Program-made: the position numbers and the translations under genes
Assembly (NCBI GenBank): GCA_013239625.1
Contig: MU053431.1
Location: 2,012,485-2,072,484, forward strand
Reading direction: 5' to 3'
Origin: Lama guanicoe
Taxonomy: Eukaryota
Length of the DNA: 60,000 bases
Notes under the pieces: generated by a model
What the model saw: only the letters and a program-made list of their open reading frames with translations
Databases searched by the model: none
What the model was told of the DNA's origin: nothing
Shown: positions 23,596-37,425 of the stretch, one piece after another
Position numbering within the stretch: position 1 is the first letter of the stretch
How the letters are laid out: each line of letters opens with the position of its first letter

Positions 23596-25885
23596 GGGCC
23601 ACGCCGCTCTCCCCGCGGCCGCGTCAGGGGGTTTCCGGCAGCTGATCTTTTCCTTTGCAAGAGGCTCTGAGCAGTGACCATCAGACAGCCCGTCAGCCCC
23701 CGGGAGCCGGGAGGAGCGGCTACTGTGGGCGGGCATGCGGGCGTCTCCGGGGCAGGGGGCAGGCCCACAAAATCTGGGGGAGCCTGGCTTGCTCTCCCTA
23801 GCTGCTTAGGGAGCCACTTCTGCTGGGGGCCCAGGGATGGGGAGCTGAGACCCTTGGACAGCATGGGGCATTGTGGCTTCAGGGCGGCTCAGGAAGGGCC
23901 CCTCCCCACCAGGGCCAGCTCCAAGGCAGCTCTCCTGGAAAGGGCTGAGAGGGCCTGGCCCCGGGGTGGCTTGGCCTGGGGGCTGCCCTGCCCCGGGGAA
24001 CCTCCCAGGGGAAAGGCCTCTGCCGCCCAGTCCCAGCTGAGTCTGAGACTTGGTGGTGTGCTGTCCCCATCTGAACTAGGGGTGTCTTAGGGTCCCAAAT
24101 AACTCCACATGCAATTCAAGTTTTGGGGGGAGGCTCAGGCCCCTGGCTTCCTGCACGGGAGGGAGGCCCCCAGACCAGCCGCACCATTTCCAGGTTAGAA
24201 AGTGGACATCTCGGGGTTTGCGGAGTTGTGGCTGGTATTTGAGGTCACCTACCTCAAACCGAAATAAAAGCTCTGTGTTACATATTTGCCACTGGCAAAA
24301 GCGTTGTGTGCGGTTTCAAGCCAGAGCTCATCCTGCCTGGGCCGATCATGGGCCAATCCTTTTTCCAAGGGTTTCACCGGGGGGATGATGGCGAGGACTG
24401 ATTGATCAGAGAAAGCACTGAATGTCAATTAGCGGGCTGACCACGAAAGTCCACGCCTGCAAGTGTCCAGCGCCAGGTCAGGGACAGCCCACTCGGCATA
24501 GCCCGGAGACACCCGTTCCGTATTCACAGCCCCGAACAACAGCCACATCACATTTTCTCAATTTACAAGCCCGAACAACATGTTTCTAACATCACCTCTG
24601 CCCGCAGCCAGGCCGCTGGACGCCGAATGTGCTGTGTCACCTGCTTGGGCCTCGACGTCCACAATCGGCAGGGCTGCAGGGGAGGCTGCCACGCGCGGGG
24701 TCAGTCCCTGGCCCGGTGCCTCCCCGGGCCTGTTGGTAACGCAGCAGACGTGACTCAGTCCCGCTGTCCCGAGTGGCTGCCGAGGCCGCCCAGGTTCATG
24801 TCCTCTTTCCACGGCCCTCCCACCCCAGGGGCGGGGGCGTTTGGGGAAGCTGCCCTCTAGTCAGTGGATCCCAGAGGGTAGAATCCTGCCCTTCTCGCCA
24901 CAAAGCAGACACAGCCACTGCCTCCAGGGAGCTCATGTAGCAGGGAAGACAGACACATAGACGCAAACTCCTGAGCGGCACCAGCGGCTCGAGGAGCAGT
25001 GAGGCCAGGTGAGGACCGGGCAGAGGGCAGGGTGCCCCCTAGCTGGGGAGAGGGAGGCCCGGGCCAGGCGGCATCTGAGCGGAGACCTAAGGGTGGAGAA
25101 GGAAAAGTCACGAGAGATTTGGGGGAAGAAACTGTCCCTGGAAGGTAGCCGCACTTGCCAAGTCCTGAGGCAGGGCTGAGAGGAGACGCAGAGAGGAGAG
25201 GGGCCGGGCGACGTGGGGCCCGAGCCACAGAGCCCTGTGGAGTTTGCTCCAAATTGACAGGACTCTGCTGGAGGCCTCTGGGCAGAGCAGGGATAAAAAG
25301 GCCCATTTGTCCCCTTTCCGGAGAGTAGACCAAGGGCTGGAAGCCCGATGGGAGCTTGGCGGCAGGTGAGTGGCGAGGCTGGCCTGGACCACACGGTGGA
25401 GGTGGAGCTGAGGCCTGGCGGGGTACTCCTCAGCTTTGGAAGGATTTGCTGATCCTTGAGGTTTGAGGGGAAATGGAGGGCAGGCTTTGACTGTGGGGTT
25501 TCGGATGCTGTACGGTGTCCAGGTGCGGCTCCAAGAGCCCGCATCCTGCCCTGGGCGGTCTGGAGAGGAGGCTTGAGGAAGGAGCCTGAAGCTGTCCAGG
25601 GTTAGCAGGTCAGGGAAGTGGGGAGAAGGGGGCCGGGGAGGGTCACAGAGAGCAGGGGCCTCGGGGCTGCTGGCAGCTCTCAGCCGAGTCTCTCTCCCAG
25701 GGTTGCCCCTCTCCAGGGTCAGCCTGAATCTGATGACTTTTCAGCCTGGGGGCTGGGACAACCCCAAAGACTGTCAGGTTCCAGAGATCCCCGTGGGGTG
25801 ACAGAGGCCTCTGTGGGGACTGCACTGCCCCCTGACTTCTTGCTTGCTCCGCCCTGCCCCCCACGGGCTGGTGCTAAGAGGCCCC

Positions 25886-26320
25886 TGTACTGGCCTGGAC
25901 AGTGTCCCCCCGAGACCGGTGTCCCTCCTCGAACATCGGACTAGACAGTGTCCCCCCCAGACCGGTGTCCCTCCTCGAACATCAGAGTGTAGCCTTCAGG
26001 GGAGTATGGCTGTTGCAGAGTTAAGTAGTTAAGATGAGGTCACACTGGAGTGGGGTGGACCCTTCATCCAACGACCAGTGTCCTTGTGGGAAGAGGAGAG
26101 AGACAGGCACACAGAGAAGAGCAGCCGTGGGATGACAGAGGCCCAGATGCAGTGACACACCTACAAGCCCAGGACCCCAGGACCGCGGGCCCCACCCGAC
26201 AGACCCTCCCACAGAACCTCCAGAGGAACCGACCCTGTGGCCCCTGATCTCAGCGTCTGACCCGCAGAACTGGTTGAGAGTCAAGTCCCCTTGTCTAAGC
26301 CCCAGGCTGTGGTGCCAGGA
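25886..26320 (+). mobile_element. MLT1 (MLT1B-like) solo LTR with an internal 46-bp tandem duplication
   Basis: tgtactgg...gtgtcccccc start, agttaagatgaggtcacactggagtggggtggaccc, ctccagaggaaccgaccctg; duplicated units at 25895-25940 and 25941-25986. Confidence 0.85.
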
Positions 26321-29300
26321 GACTGAGGCCGACCCCAGGCAGCCTCTGGCAGCAAAGCTCCGTCTCAGCACCCAGGCTGGGCCAACCTCAGAGCAAAGGC
26401 GGACAGTCAGCCCCGAGGCTGACAGAAGAGGAGCCCGAAGAGACGGGGTGGCAGCCAGAGCGAGCGTGAGGTGGTGGGGTGGGGATACTGTGTCCTCCTT
26501 GGTGACGAAAGGAGAGGGTTGCCGCCCCCCAAGCGGGGGACCTGGGCTCGGAGCACCGCGCTCCTGGGTGCGGCTGCAGGAAGGCTGAGGGTGGGGCGCG
26601 GACGTGGTCCTGGGAGCAGGTGCAGCCCCTTCACGCCAACTCTGGGGCAGGCACCCCACAAGGGAGAGACGGGAAGTGTCATGTGAACTTGACCTTCAGG
26701 CTCCCAGTGCTTCACCCAGACCCCCTCCTCGGCTTGGTCCAGGAGTACACGGGGACAGACTGGACGGAGGCCACGAGGAACGGAAGGGCTGTGTTGAGGC
26801 GGGTCTGCGCCTGCCTTTACCCCCGGGTGTCCACGTGCAAGGCTGCTCGAGCGGCCACTGTGGCTAAAACCTGGATTCTGGGTGAGACCCTTGGTGGAGG
26901 GCAGGCAGCTCCACCGCATTCCGACTCAGGTCCCCGTCCCCAGGGCCACTCTCCCATTGGAGTGTCCACAGGCTGGATTCTGGGGCCTCTGAGGGGGCAG
27001 AGGATCTGAGGCCTGTGCTAAAGCTGTGGCAGGTGCTCCCTCCCCCCGCCCCCAGCAGAGTGTCCCCTGCTCCCCCTGTTCTCAGCTAGCAAAGCCCCTC
27101 GAGGCTGTCAGCAAAGGGGCCTGGCTGGGGTCTGGGTTCCCGTGTGGGGTGTGGCCCTGCCGCCACGCCATGGACACTGAAACAGCCCCACCACCCGTGC
27201 CCGCCTCGGGTGGCACCCAGTCTCCTGTCCCCGCGGCCTCTGACGACTCCGCTTCCGCACCACGACACCACGGTCGCCGGCTGCCCTGCGCCCCCAGCTG
27301 AGGGGCCCGTCACCTGGAGACGCCCGTTTCTTCCACGCCAGGGCTTTAGGGCTCCGAGGACTAGACGCTGTCGCCCGGCCTTCCCCGCAGCAGGCTCCGT
27401 CTGGCTTTACGGAAGCTTCGCAATAAACCCTTCAAGGCACGTGCTAATGGTGCCTATTGCATTCTTTCACTGTCGTTCGTGTTATTAAGGACGGGCTTCC
27501 CCTTGGAGTCTCAGGGCCTCCTAGGCTCCGTCAGCCTTGTGTGCGTCCCTGTGTCCCTGCGTCCCTGTGTGTACCTGTGCAGCTCCATGTCTCTCTGTCC
27601 CCCGTGTGCGCCTGTATTTCTGCCTCGGTAGGTGTGCGTGCTCCAGCTGCACAGAACCACACCTGCCTTCTCAGAAGAAGAAGAGGCGCCCCGGCCTGTG
27701 GGCGCCCGAGGCGGGGTTGCAGAGGTCTCTGAGCTTGGCGCCAGTGGAAACACAGGAGGGAAATGACCCCTGGCGGTCCAGCCTGTGATCTGCATTGAGT
27801 CTGCTACAGGCGGGTTGCTACTCGCCCTGGGTTTCAGACCGTTTGAAACCCAAGTCCCCTCGGCCGGCCGGGGAGCTCGGGGTGGGGTGTGGTGTCGTGC
27901 TGCTTGGAAGGAGGGCAGGTGGGGGCGTGTCGTGGGGATCGGGCCGTCAGGTGAGGCCGCTCCCTCCCTCCAGGAGGCTCGCTGGGTGGGAGCAGCCCCG
28001 CCTCGCACCCCCCACCTAGGGCACAGGCCACCTTTGTTCACAGCTGCAGGTCCCTTCGGGGTGCTTTCATCCCAGCTCTGCTCCCGGTTAGACCAGATCC
28101 GTCTGGGCCAGGCTCAGGGAGCCGCAGGCTGCCCCCCTCTGCTGAGTCTCCCCCACAGGGGAGGAGCCCTGGGGGTCAGGCAGCCCCTCCGAGGGAGGCG
28201 GGAGATGGGCAGACGCACCACGTGGGGGTCTCAGGCCATGTTCCCAGCTTGTGGGGCTCACCCAGAGAGTGCGTGTCTGCGTGTAATTATTTTTATTTAT
28301 AGGGAGTCCAGGGGAGGGGCAGAGGTGGGATGCAGACAGGGGGCAGCTGAAAGGGGAGGGGTTGAAGTTCAAACTGAAAGCAGGGTGAGCCCTGAAAGGT
28401 GGAGAATGGTAATCAGTGGGGGAACCATGGGGGGGAGCAATGGTGGGGATGGAGCGAGGTGGGGGATGGAGGGGTGTCCAGGGTGGCTGTGGATTCAGTC
28501 TCTCAGGTACAACTCAGCACCACCTCCAATAGATGATGGGTCAGAAGGGGTGACGTAGCTGAGACTATGGGGCACAGGGGTATGGCAGGGAACAGACCCT
28601 GCTCAGGGAGGGTCCCGGGCTGCTGCAGCCCACTCACTCCTTACCAGAAAGCGGCTGCACTGGCCTTCAGGTAGGCAGAAACAGGTGCCAAGGGCCAGGC
28701 ACGTTCCAGTGGATGAGTGTCTGTTCAGTATCCAGACTTGTGTCCGCATGAGATGTGATTCTGGGTGTGCACACATCTTTCAAAGAGGGTGCCTGCCTGT
28801 TCTAAAACTCACACACTGTGAGTGTGGGGTCTTCCCCGTGGACACCCGTTTGGGCAAGCTGTTGCCTTCACCAATGCCTTCTCTCCCCAGCCGGCGGGCG
28901 GAGGCAGCACCCTCTTCTCCCTGTTCCCATAGGCTGCACATGGAGGAGGAGGACCCAGACAGGGAGCTTTCTATTTCTGGGCGGAGCCATCACCCAGGGG
29001 AGCTGTGTCCCCCACACCCGAGGTGCATGGCCCGGTGCCTCTGCAGTGCCCACACTTGCTCAGGGCCGGGAGTGAGGCACAGGTGCTCAAGGTGAAAAAA
29101 GCCCGCCCGTTGCATGTTCCCTTTGCAAAGTCCCTGTGCCTGGGGCCTCAGCCCTGGAGTGAGAAATCGTTTGCAAAAGTGCACCCGGGCCCTCCAGGGC
29201 TGACCCGGCCAGAGCCTCCTGGCCTGGGCAGAGGCAAGCAGAGAACCTTGGAAGGCGGGCCTCCTCCCAGGGAAGCACACTCTGCAGCCCCCGAGGCCGC

Positions 29301-31249
29301 CGCGCAGCACTCGACACCCCCCACCCCAGCAGGTCTGTGCTGACTGTGCTAACCCCACATGCACCTGAGAGCAGAGGAGGTTGGGAACCCCCAGAAGGTG
29401 CCCCGTCCAGTCTCAGCTTCCTCACCTACATGCAGGGTGGTCCCTGCCCCTCCCTCACAAGCCCCAGTGAGAAGGAAAACCCAGCCCGGGGAAAGCTCCA
29501 AGCAGGGACACCGCGGTTCCTGCTACCCACCGGTGCTCCCGGGATCCTGGGCTCCAGGTGTGAGTCTAACAGGTGGGAGGCTGTTATCTGGCGGGGCCGA
29601 GGAGGCTGTCGGGCCGCGCTGGGCTGGGCGGGCGATGTCAGCCGGGCACCCGGGGAGCACTAGCCGGCCTGTAAATACCAGCACACTCTGTGCAGGTAAC
29701 TGACTAGTAACTGTCGTGTAACTGCAGGGTAATCACATGGTTATTTTTGCTTTGCGAATTAAGTGTCACTATGAGAGTGAACAATTATGCAGGGTAATTA
29801 TACAGCGGTTCACACGCAAGGCCGGGAGCAATCATCAGATGATCCACAGGACGTGAAGCTGTGGCACAGACACGGAGTCGTCACCACAATAGCTGTACAC
29901 CGGAGGGAGGCTCGGCTGCGCCCACGGGGTACCTCCCGCTGCGCCCGGCCCCCACCTCCCACGCACAGCCAGACCCCACGAGCAACACCGTTTCCCTGAG
30001 GAGACGTCCCCAGACCTCGGACCCGTGGACCCGGCTTGACACGGCCAGTTTTCCAGGAAAGTTGTTCTCTCCCTAATTCCCTGGGGTTTCAGCAGAGCCG
30101 CCGCCGGCCAAGGAGACGGCGTGGAAAGGCAGGAACGGGACAAGGAGCCAGCCTCTCGCCGTTCGCCTGGTGCCCCTCCACACCTCAGCCCCCAAGAGAC
30201 CCCAGGCAGGTGCAGCGACGACCCTGACTCAGGGCCCCCAGCTCTCTCCTGTGTCCTCAGCAACCAGGCTGCTCACCAATTAAACTCGGAGCAGGGGAGG
30301 TGGGCTGCCGACTTGGGGTCACTCAGCACCACAGCAACTAAAAGGCATGTTTCAGAATCGCACCCTGTAATTCAGTCACAATGAAAAGGGCGGGGGAAAA
30401 GGTCGATATTGTTCTTAATTAGACTAACTGCTTCCTTTCTGCTGGGGCCACGTGCGAGCGGCAGTTTAGCAGGGGGAGGAAAAGGCTGGGAGAGGCAGCC
30501 CTGGGCAGGTGACAGACCGGGAGGGAGCTCTGGAAACACATGTGCAGCGGGTCCAATCTGGCCCACCTGGGGCGACTGAGCCGCTTGGAGGGGCGCAGAC
30601 CTCCAGTCAGCCAGGTGAGCCTGGGCAGGGACATCGCCGGTGCTGGTGCGGTGCAGGGTGGGGGGCCTCCGGGATGGGAGGGCTGGGGGCTGGAGGAGGT
30701 GAGGGGCGGGAGAGCCACCCCTCCCGGCACCCCCTCCAGGGAGGAGCAGCGAGCAGGGCAGAGCAGTAGGCTCACAGTCAAGGTGGCTTCCTCAGGCTTG
30801 GGACTGCCATTTGTCCCCTCCTGAGAGACTGGGATCCTGTCTCATCTTTCTGTGACCAGCCTGGGTGGATGGGGGAGTTGCTAAAGCTGGACTTTGGCTG
30901 CAGTGGGTGTTGGGGTGAGGCCAAGGACCCCCACATAGAGAAGGCACCAGAGGGAGGAGGGAGGTCAGAGAGGGCTGTCAGGGGTGGGGGCTGTCCACAG
31001 TGTCTCAGCCAGGAAGCAGCTCCCCTCCTCTCCTGACCCAGGGACCACCCTCAGGGGTCCACACACACCCTCTCCCAGAGCCAAATTCTGAGGGTCACTG
31101 GACCCGGCCCAGCCCCCCACGGCCCCCCAGTGAAGGGCGGGGTCCCTTTGCCTTAGAGACTCTCCACGGACAGGGCGGGGGCTCCTCCCACACCCACCAG
31201 CAGAGGCGGCCCCCACCTGCCTCCCCCAGGGAGGCCGTGGCACTCAGAC

Positions 31250-31450
31250 TCTGAAAGCATATTTGTTAAATGCAGCATATAGCTCATGATTAGATTTTAA
31301 TTTCAATACACTTTGTTAAAAATAGATCACTCTCACCAAGAGCGGGGCTGCAGGAAGGCTTTAAACGGCTCATCTTTGGAATATTAATAGCATGGAAAGT
31401 GTTATTAGAATAATTTTTCATCATGAATAATAAATTAATAGAATAATCTG
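31250..31450. promoter_or_regulatory. Candidate conserved non-coding element
   Basis: Very AT-rich island with many TAAT/ATTA motifs and TTTGTTAAA twice. Confidence 0.45.
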
Positions 31451-32699
31451 GTGGTGCCATGTGACCCCCGGGTAAGGGTGGGCTTTGTGTCGGCGGAGTG
31501 GGGAGGAGGGTTTGGGGTGTGGATGGAGGATGGAGCTGCCGGGGCTGAGGAGGTGCCAGACATTAACCGGGCGAGGTGTCTGCATGGTGGGGGGCTCCCA
31601 CACGCATCTGGGTGGAGGACGGGGCTTGGGACCAGTCCTGCGGAATTTCTGAGCTGAAAGGTCTTGGATTACAGATCAGCTTAGCCAGTTCCTTACTCCA
31701 ACAAAAACAGCTGGAAAAAGTCCACAGTCCGAGAGCCCCAGTAAAGCCCCATCCTGTTGGGGAGAGCGTGTGCTTTTTATTCTTTTGGCCCCCCTACAAC
31801 TTTCTCGAATGCTTTTTTCTCCTTGGCAAACATCAGGCATTTTCAAGTCATCAAAAACCTGGAAAAATTGTTTGATGGAGCACAGGGGGCTAATTACAGA
31901 GTAAGGGGATGTCTTTGGGGCCCAAGGGTCTCCTCGGCCCTCTGTGATGCTCAGACCCCCGAGGTCACACCCGCTTCCTCACCTGCCTGTGGTGGGAACT
32001 GCCCACAGGAACCCCACAGTGGCAGGTCACAGGTACAAGCACGCGGGGTCGCCCTGCTGGCCAGAGTCAAGGACAGAGACTCTCGCTGGCTCTGCTCGGG
32101 TGAGGTGTCCCCTCCTGGCCAGTCAGCTGCGGCCGAGGCAGACGGAGATGTGGGGCTGACCTTGCAGATGGAGCTGTGGTGTGGGATTGACCTTGAAGGT
32201 GGAGGTACCACTTGCACCTGGAGTTCCAGACAGATCCTTGTCTGCCTTCTAGCTGCTGTGGGTGAGAATGAGGCTAGCGGGACCCTCGGGAGGGTTTCGG
32301 GGAGCATGCCTTATAGGGGGCTTCCTGGAAAGGCTGGCCTGAGGACAGGGGCTACTGGTCCTGCCCTGGGAGTAGCTATGCCCTGAGCACCAGGTTGTGG
32401 CTTCCTCGGGGCCATCCCAGGAGTCACAAGGGGAGCTCAGGCCTGTAGATCTGAGAGGCAGGACCTCGGGTGGGCAGGGCAAGCTTGGCCGTTGGGGGAG
32501 GGGCCAGGATACCAGGGCGCCACACCTGCTGAATAAGCCGCAGGCGGGGCATGGCTCCCTTGGGCCGTGTGGGTGGAAGGCAGAGTTGTAACCCCTAGCC
32601 CACTGTTTCCATGGATGCCCCTCCAAGCACCGTCCCCAGACTGGCCAACAAAGGCATCTCAGGCTGGACGTTAGACAATTTCTTTGGCACAGTCTCAGG

Positions 32700-32785
32700 T
32701 GTACATGCCCCAGTGTGAGTGTGCGAGTGTGCATGTGTGTGAACTAGAGTGCGCATGTGTGTGCTTGTGAACACACACGTGTGTC
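32700..32785. repeat. Degenerate (TG)n repeat
   Basis: gtgtgagtgtgcgagtgtgcatgtgtgt... Confidence 0.7.
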
Positions 32786-35700
32786 CTGCTGACAGCCGCT
32801 GTCCCTCAGACCACTCAGCCCTCCTCAGTCTGGGGCTGCGGGCTGGGGAGAGGGGCTCCAACCATGCATCTCTGTGGGAGCCCCGCCTCCACTGCATCCA
32901 GGAGCCACAGTCACCCACGAGGAAACGCAAGCGCCGCCCGGGGCTGTATCCTCTCTGTCCTTTCTCCGGTGTCTTCCCAGCAGCTGACAATTAACGTTCG
33001 AAGGAACATGAAACAGAGGAGAAATTACAGCAATTCATCAACCGAAATGATAGGGATAGACATGTGTCGGCAGTGGAAACAGTTTCTATCAAAATTAAAG
33101 TATTTAGAGACTTTCCTCAAATTTCAAATTATGCAAATCACGTCTTCCGTGTGGCTGCCCTGCTGAGGCTCTACCTGCAGGATTACCCAGAAGTGCCACA
33201 CGCGCCGTCGTGACTGGGTCCCTCCCGCCCCGCCGCCGCTCCCTCGCTGTCCAGCTCGAGAAGGTCACAGAGGCCCGGCCCGGGAACCAGGCAGTCCCGT
33301 GCTCGAGGAGGACCCTGGGCCTCGGAGACCCACAGAGCTGCACAAACTGTCCAGACGGAAGCAGGCGTTCATCCTGGTCACCATCCTGGTCACTGTCCCT
33401 GCTACACGTTCATCAATGGCACAGTGGCCATCGGCCAGAAGGGACATGACTGGGACACGTGGCCACCCCCTGGCACTGTGGCCAGGGCAAGTCTAGGGCG
33501 GCTGCGAGCAGAGCCCAGACGGGTCCAGATTCTAGCTATGAGCCAGGGACCCCAGAGCTGGGCTTCTCTGGCTCAATGTACCCCAAAGTCCCCTGGAGCC
33601 GGCGTTGAAGTGCAGATTCCAATGCAGAAGTTCTAGTTCTGCATTTCTAGCTGGCTCCCAGGTGACGTGGCAGGAGCGCCGAGAGGTGGTCGGGGACTGG
33701 GAGCCTCAGGGCCTGGGGCCCACACAAACCAGGTGTGCTGTGCACAGCCCAGGCTGCTGCCCGCTCGGAGGCGGAGGCTGGGATGACCCTGGCCCCCAGC
33801 CCTGTGTCGGGTCTCGCGTGCCTGGGAGCCAGGCCTGCGGCTGGCTTCTGGACATTAGCTCTGGGAGGCGGGCGTGGCCCCAGAGCTCTATTCCCATGCC
33901 ATGGGCTCTGCCACTTAATTTCAATGTAATTGATGTCAAATTGAGCACCCAGCCCCCTGTGGAATGCCTGATGAATTCACCGTGATTAACGGTTTTCCAA
34001 GCTCAGGACGGTGGCCAATCAGAGCTGCCACTCCTGACAAGGTTAAGCAGGCCAGGGACACTGGCAGAACAAGATGAGGGCAGGGAGGGGCGCCTTGGCC
34101 CACACCAGCCCCAGCTTCTTGGCGGCCCCCAACCCACAGACCATGTAATGAAGCTGTGTGCTGCAGGGCAGGGAGTTGGGGAGCCAGTTCCTAGCAAGTA
34201 GAGAGAAAATGGGAGGAGGTGGAGGAGGGGGCTTGGGGGGCAGGGCTGGGGGCCTGGTGCAGAGGAGGGCAGAGATGGCTCTGTCCCCGCTCCTGCTCCG
34301 GAGTCCAGGGCTCTGAGCATCTTGCTGCTTGCTGAGACCCCAAACCCTCCACAATAGAGATTCCCAGCCCCGTGGCCCAGGGCAGGGGCCCGCGGAGAGC
34401 AGCGGCCCAGGCCACATGCTCGGCCAGCTCGCCTGGGCAGACACCCTTGGCCTTAGACAACACAGCGGCTGTGGATGGTGGACCAGTGACTGGGTCGCCA
34501 GTCCTTCAAAGATGCTGGGTCCATGGCCACATCTTGGTACAGCGCAACTCTGCAGGATGGGTCACTGCACACTTAGCGCGAGCTCTGCCACTGAGCCGCA
34601 CCCTCCTCTCTCCTGACGAGCGACCAGGAGGATGCTGAGAGAGGCAAGGTCTGCCGGCACCCAGCGTTCACAGGGATCTACGACCGAGTGTCTTCAAGGA
34701 CGGCCTGAGGGTGCTTCTTGTAGGGTGGAGATGACAACGAACGTTACAGTTTAGATTTTAAAATAATGCTTGTTAGTTTCAGATCTACACAATACATGGG
34801 CCGTGGTGCGCGTAACTGGGACCTCCCAAAGCACCTAAGCAGGTTCTCTTAGTGGGTTTCGGGTCTCCTTGCATCTTGTTTCCCTCCCTGGGAGAGGGTG
34901 CACGGCCAACCTTCCCTGTGCTGCTGCCAGATCACCACCGATTCCAGATTAGTGGGAACTAGATTACTGAGACTTCACTCTAAAAAGGCGACCCCGGGAA
35001 CTGAAGGGGCCAGTGCGTGCTCTGTAGGTATGTCCCCACAGAGGACGCATTGACCCGTCCTGCAGAGATGCACCGTACTGAGATGCCGCTGTGGCTCCGG
35101 CATTTTTGAAGTGTTTTTGAGGGCTTGGGACTGGCTGCAGACCCCAGGTAGGGGAGGCGGGTTCAGACACTTCTGTGCTAAGGGCAGTCCGGGCCACCAC
35201 GGCAGCCCAGGCCGAAGTCCTCCAAAGGCCCCCTGCAGCCCCCAGGCCAGGAGCTGGGGGAACGTGCTCCCGCCAGCTGGTGACTCCCAGACTCGTGTCT
35301 TTGCTATGGACTCGCGGCCTGACTGGGACGTCGCTCCCAGGCAGGGCCTTGCTGGGCCAGAGTCTCAGGCTGCAGCCTCTCCCCAGGACAGGCCTGCAGA
35401 GGCCCTCCGCCCCTCGCCACGCATAAGAACAGACTCACAGTCGCCGCTGAGGAGAGACCCACGGAAGCCTCAGACGTGGACTTCAGCGCAGAGAGCTGAA
35501 GAGCGATGCTGCGGCCCGGGTTTTCAGCCCATGGGGCCCAAGATCCTGGGAGGAACTGCTTTGGACTCAAGACACTCTTGGGGAAGCAGGTTGGAGTTTG
35601 GGACCCCCAAGGCCTGTCCTCGGTCTCTTGATTTCTTGTTCTGTTCCTGGCCCTCTGCCAACATGCGTGGAGGGAGCCCAGCCCTGACCACCCTGACCGA

Positions 35701-37204
35701 GCGGAGCCAGGCCTGCACACAGCGGAAGTCGGGGGATGCCTCGGGTGCCTCCACCTCGGCACCTCGACGGCTCCTGTCTCTGCCCCCACTGGGGACACCC
35801 GCTCCATCCTCTCCCGTGAAGCTCGGTCCTGCTCTGCGCTGCAGCAGCAATGGCCTTGCTGGTGGGGGGTCCAGGCAGGTTTGGGGGATGGAGGTGCAGA
35901 GTAAGGAGGGGACTGGGATGAGGGTGGCCATGGGGACAGCAAGCCAGGCCCAGGGCAGCCTGGAGGCCACGTGGAACTCCACAAAGGAGAGGACAGATGA
36001 GGAAGGGGTCCCCAGAGCAGAGAATATGCAAAGGTGAGACAGCAGGGGGGTGAGCCAGAGAACCGGTGCGCTGGGGCTGCAGGAGGGCCGGTGGGCTTTT
36101 GTGGCCCTGAGTAACAGCTGTTCCACACCTAGTGATGACTAACCCTGCTGGGGGCACTCCGCCCAGGCTCAGCAGGTCCTCAGCCCCCAGGCGGTGGCCT
36201 GGAGACCCATTCCCCGGGCAGCAGGACTGAGGCCGCTGTCCCGGGATTCGACCCCCCTGCTCCGACTCCAGCACCTCCTGCTCTGCCCTTCCCCTTGGGG
36301 CTTTGCTGGTCAGGAGGAGGCCTGGCCTCTCTGAGGTGGCGCTTCCCCAGGTGAGCCAGGCTCAAGATGGAGCTGAGAGCCCCAGGCCAGGTGCCCCCCA
36401 AATCCTGACAGTTCCAGGGAGGCCGGAATCAGGCAGAGCACCAGGGCTTGAGACATCCCTGCCAGACCCTCCGTGCAGACCTCAGACCGGCTGGGAACGT
36501 ACAGGTTTCCATCAGAAACGGGGTTTGGACAGGGGTGGGGGTCTCACAAACTCTCAGAATAATTGTCCCAAGTCTCTGCTCCCCTCTGCGTGCAAACAGG
36601 CCGTGCCCATCTTTTTTTGTCCTGTTTTCCCCAAAATGCCCCTGACTTCAGCATGCTCATCACCCGTGTTTCAAATATCCTTTAATAAGCAATTACCTGT
36701 GAACTTAAAACTGCTCTAAAAAATAGTCTTTTTAAAAAAACGATTGATAGATGTGGATTTAGGAGTGTCCATGTCATTAGCGAGCTGGCAGGTTTGAGGT
36801 GAGTTTCCACATCTCTTTCTAGTGGAATTTTCCTTTCTTTTTTTGCAGTTAAAGCCAGGTGTCATGGTCACCTTTGAGATATTTTTGCTGAGGGTGGCCA
36901 GGACCTTCACTCTGGAACAATGATACTCGGAACATGAAATTGCTTCTGAACAAAAGTCAAACTAATGAGGTGTGGAGTGGGCCTTTAGGAGTCAGAACGG
37001 GAAGCTAATTCAGCCGGCAGCACGAGGCCTCCCCGCGCACTGGCCGCCAGAGGCCGTCGTCACAAGAGCATCTTTTGGGGAATGACATGGGGCTGGGGCT
37101 CCAGGCACTTGTAGCTGCTCCTGGCAGGAAGCCAGGCATGTTGCCCCTCAGACTTGATGCCGGGACCTGCCTGCTGGTTTGGGTCCCCCAGAAACAGATG
37201 TAAA

Positions 37205-37425
37205 TGTGCATATGCACAGACACACAGGCACACGTGCACACATGCATGCGCACATAGACACATATGCACACACACGTGTACACATGCATGCACACAGACA
37301 CGTGCGCACATAGACACATATGCACACACAGACACACATGTACACATGCATGCACACAGACACGTGCACACATGCATGTGCACATACACACACATGCACA
37401 CAGAGACACACGTGCACACACACAT
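37205..37425. repeat. Compound (CA/TG)n repeat with higher-order units
   Basis: Recurring cacatgcatgcacacagacacgtg and cacatagacacatatgcacaca blocks. Confidence 0.9.

Noticed and set aside
29696..29740. Repeat-spacer pattern as a CRISPR-like array
   Set aside because: Units are only 11 bp, the DNA is mammalian, and there are no cas genes
35111..36274. Cluster of 200-308 aa overlapping ORFs on both strands
   Set aside because: Stop-codon scarcity in GC-rich DNA; no family similarity
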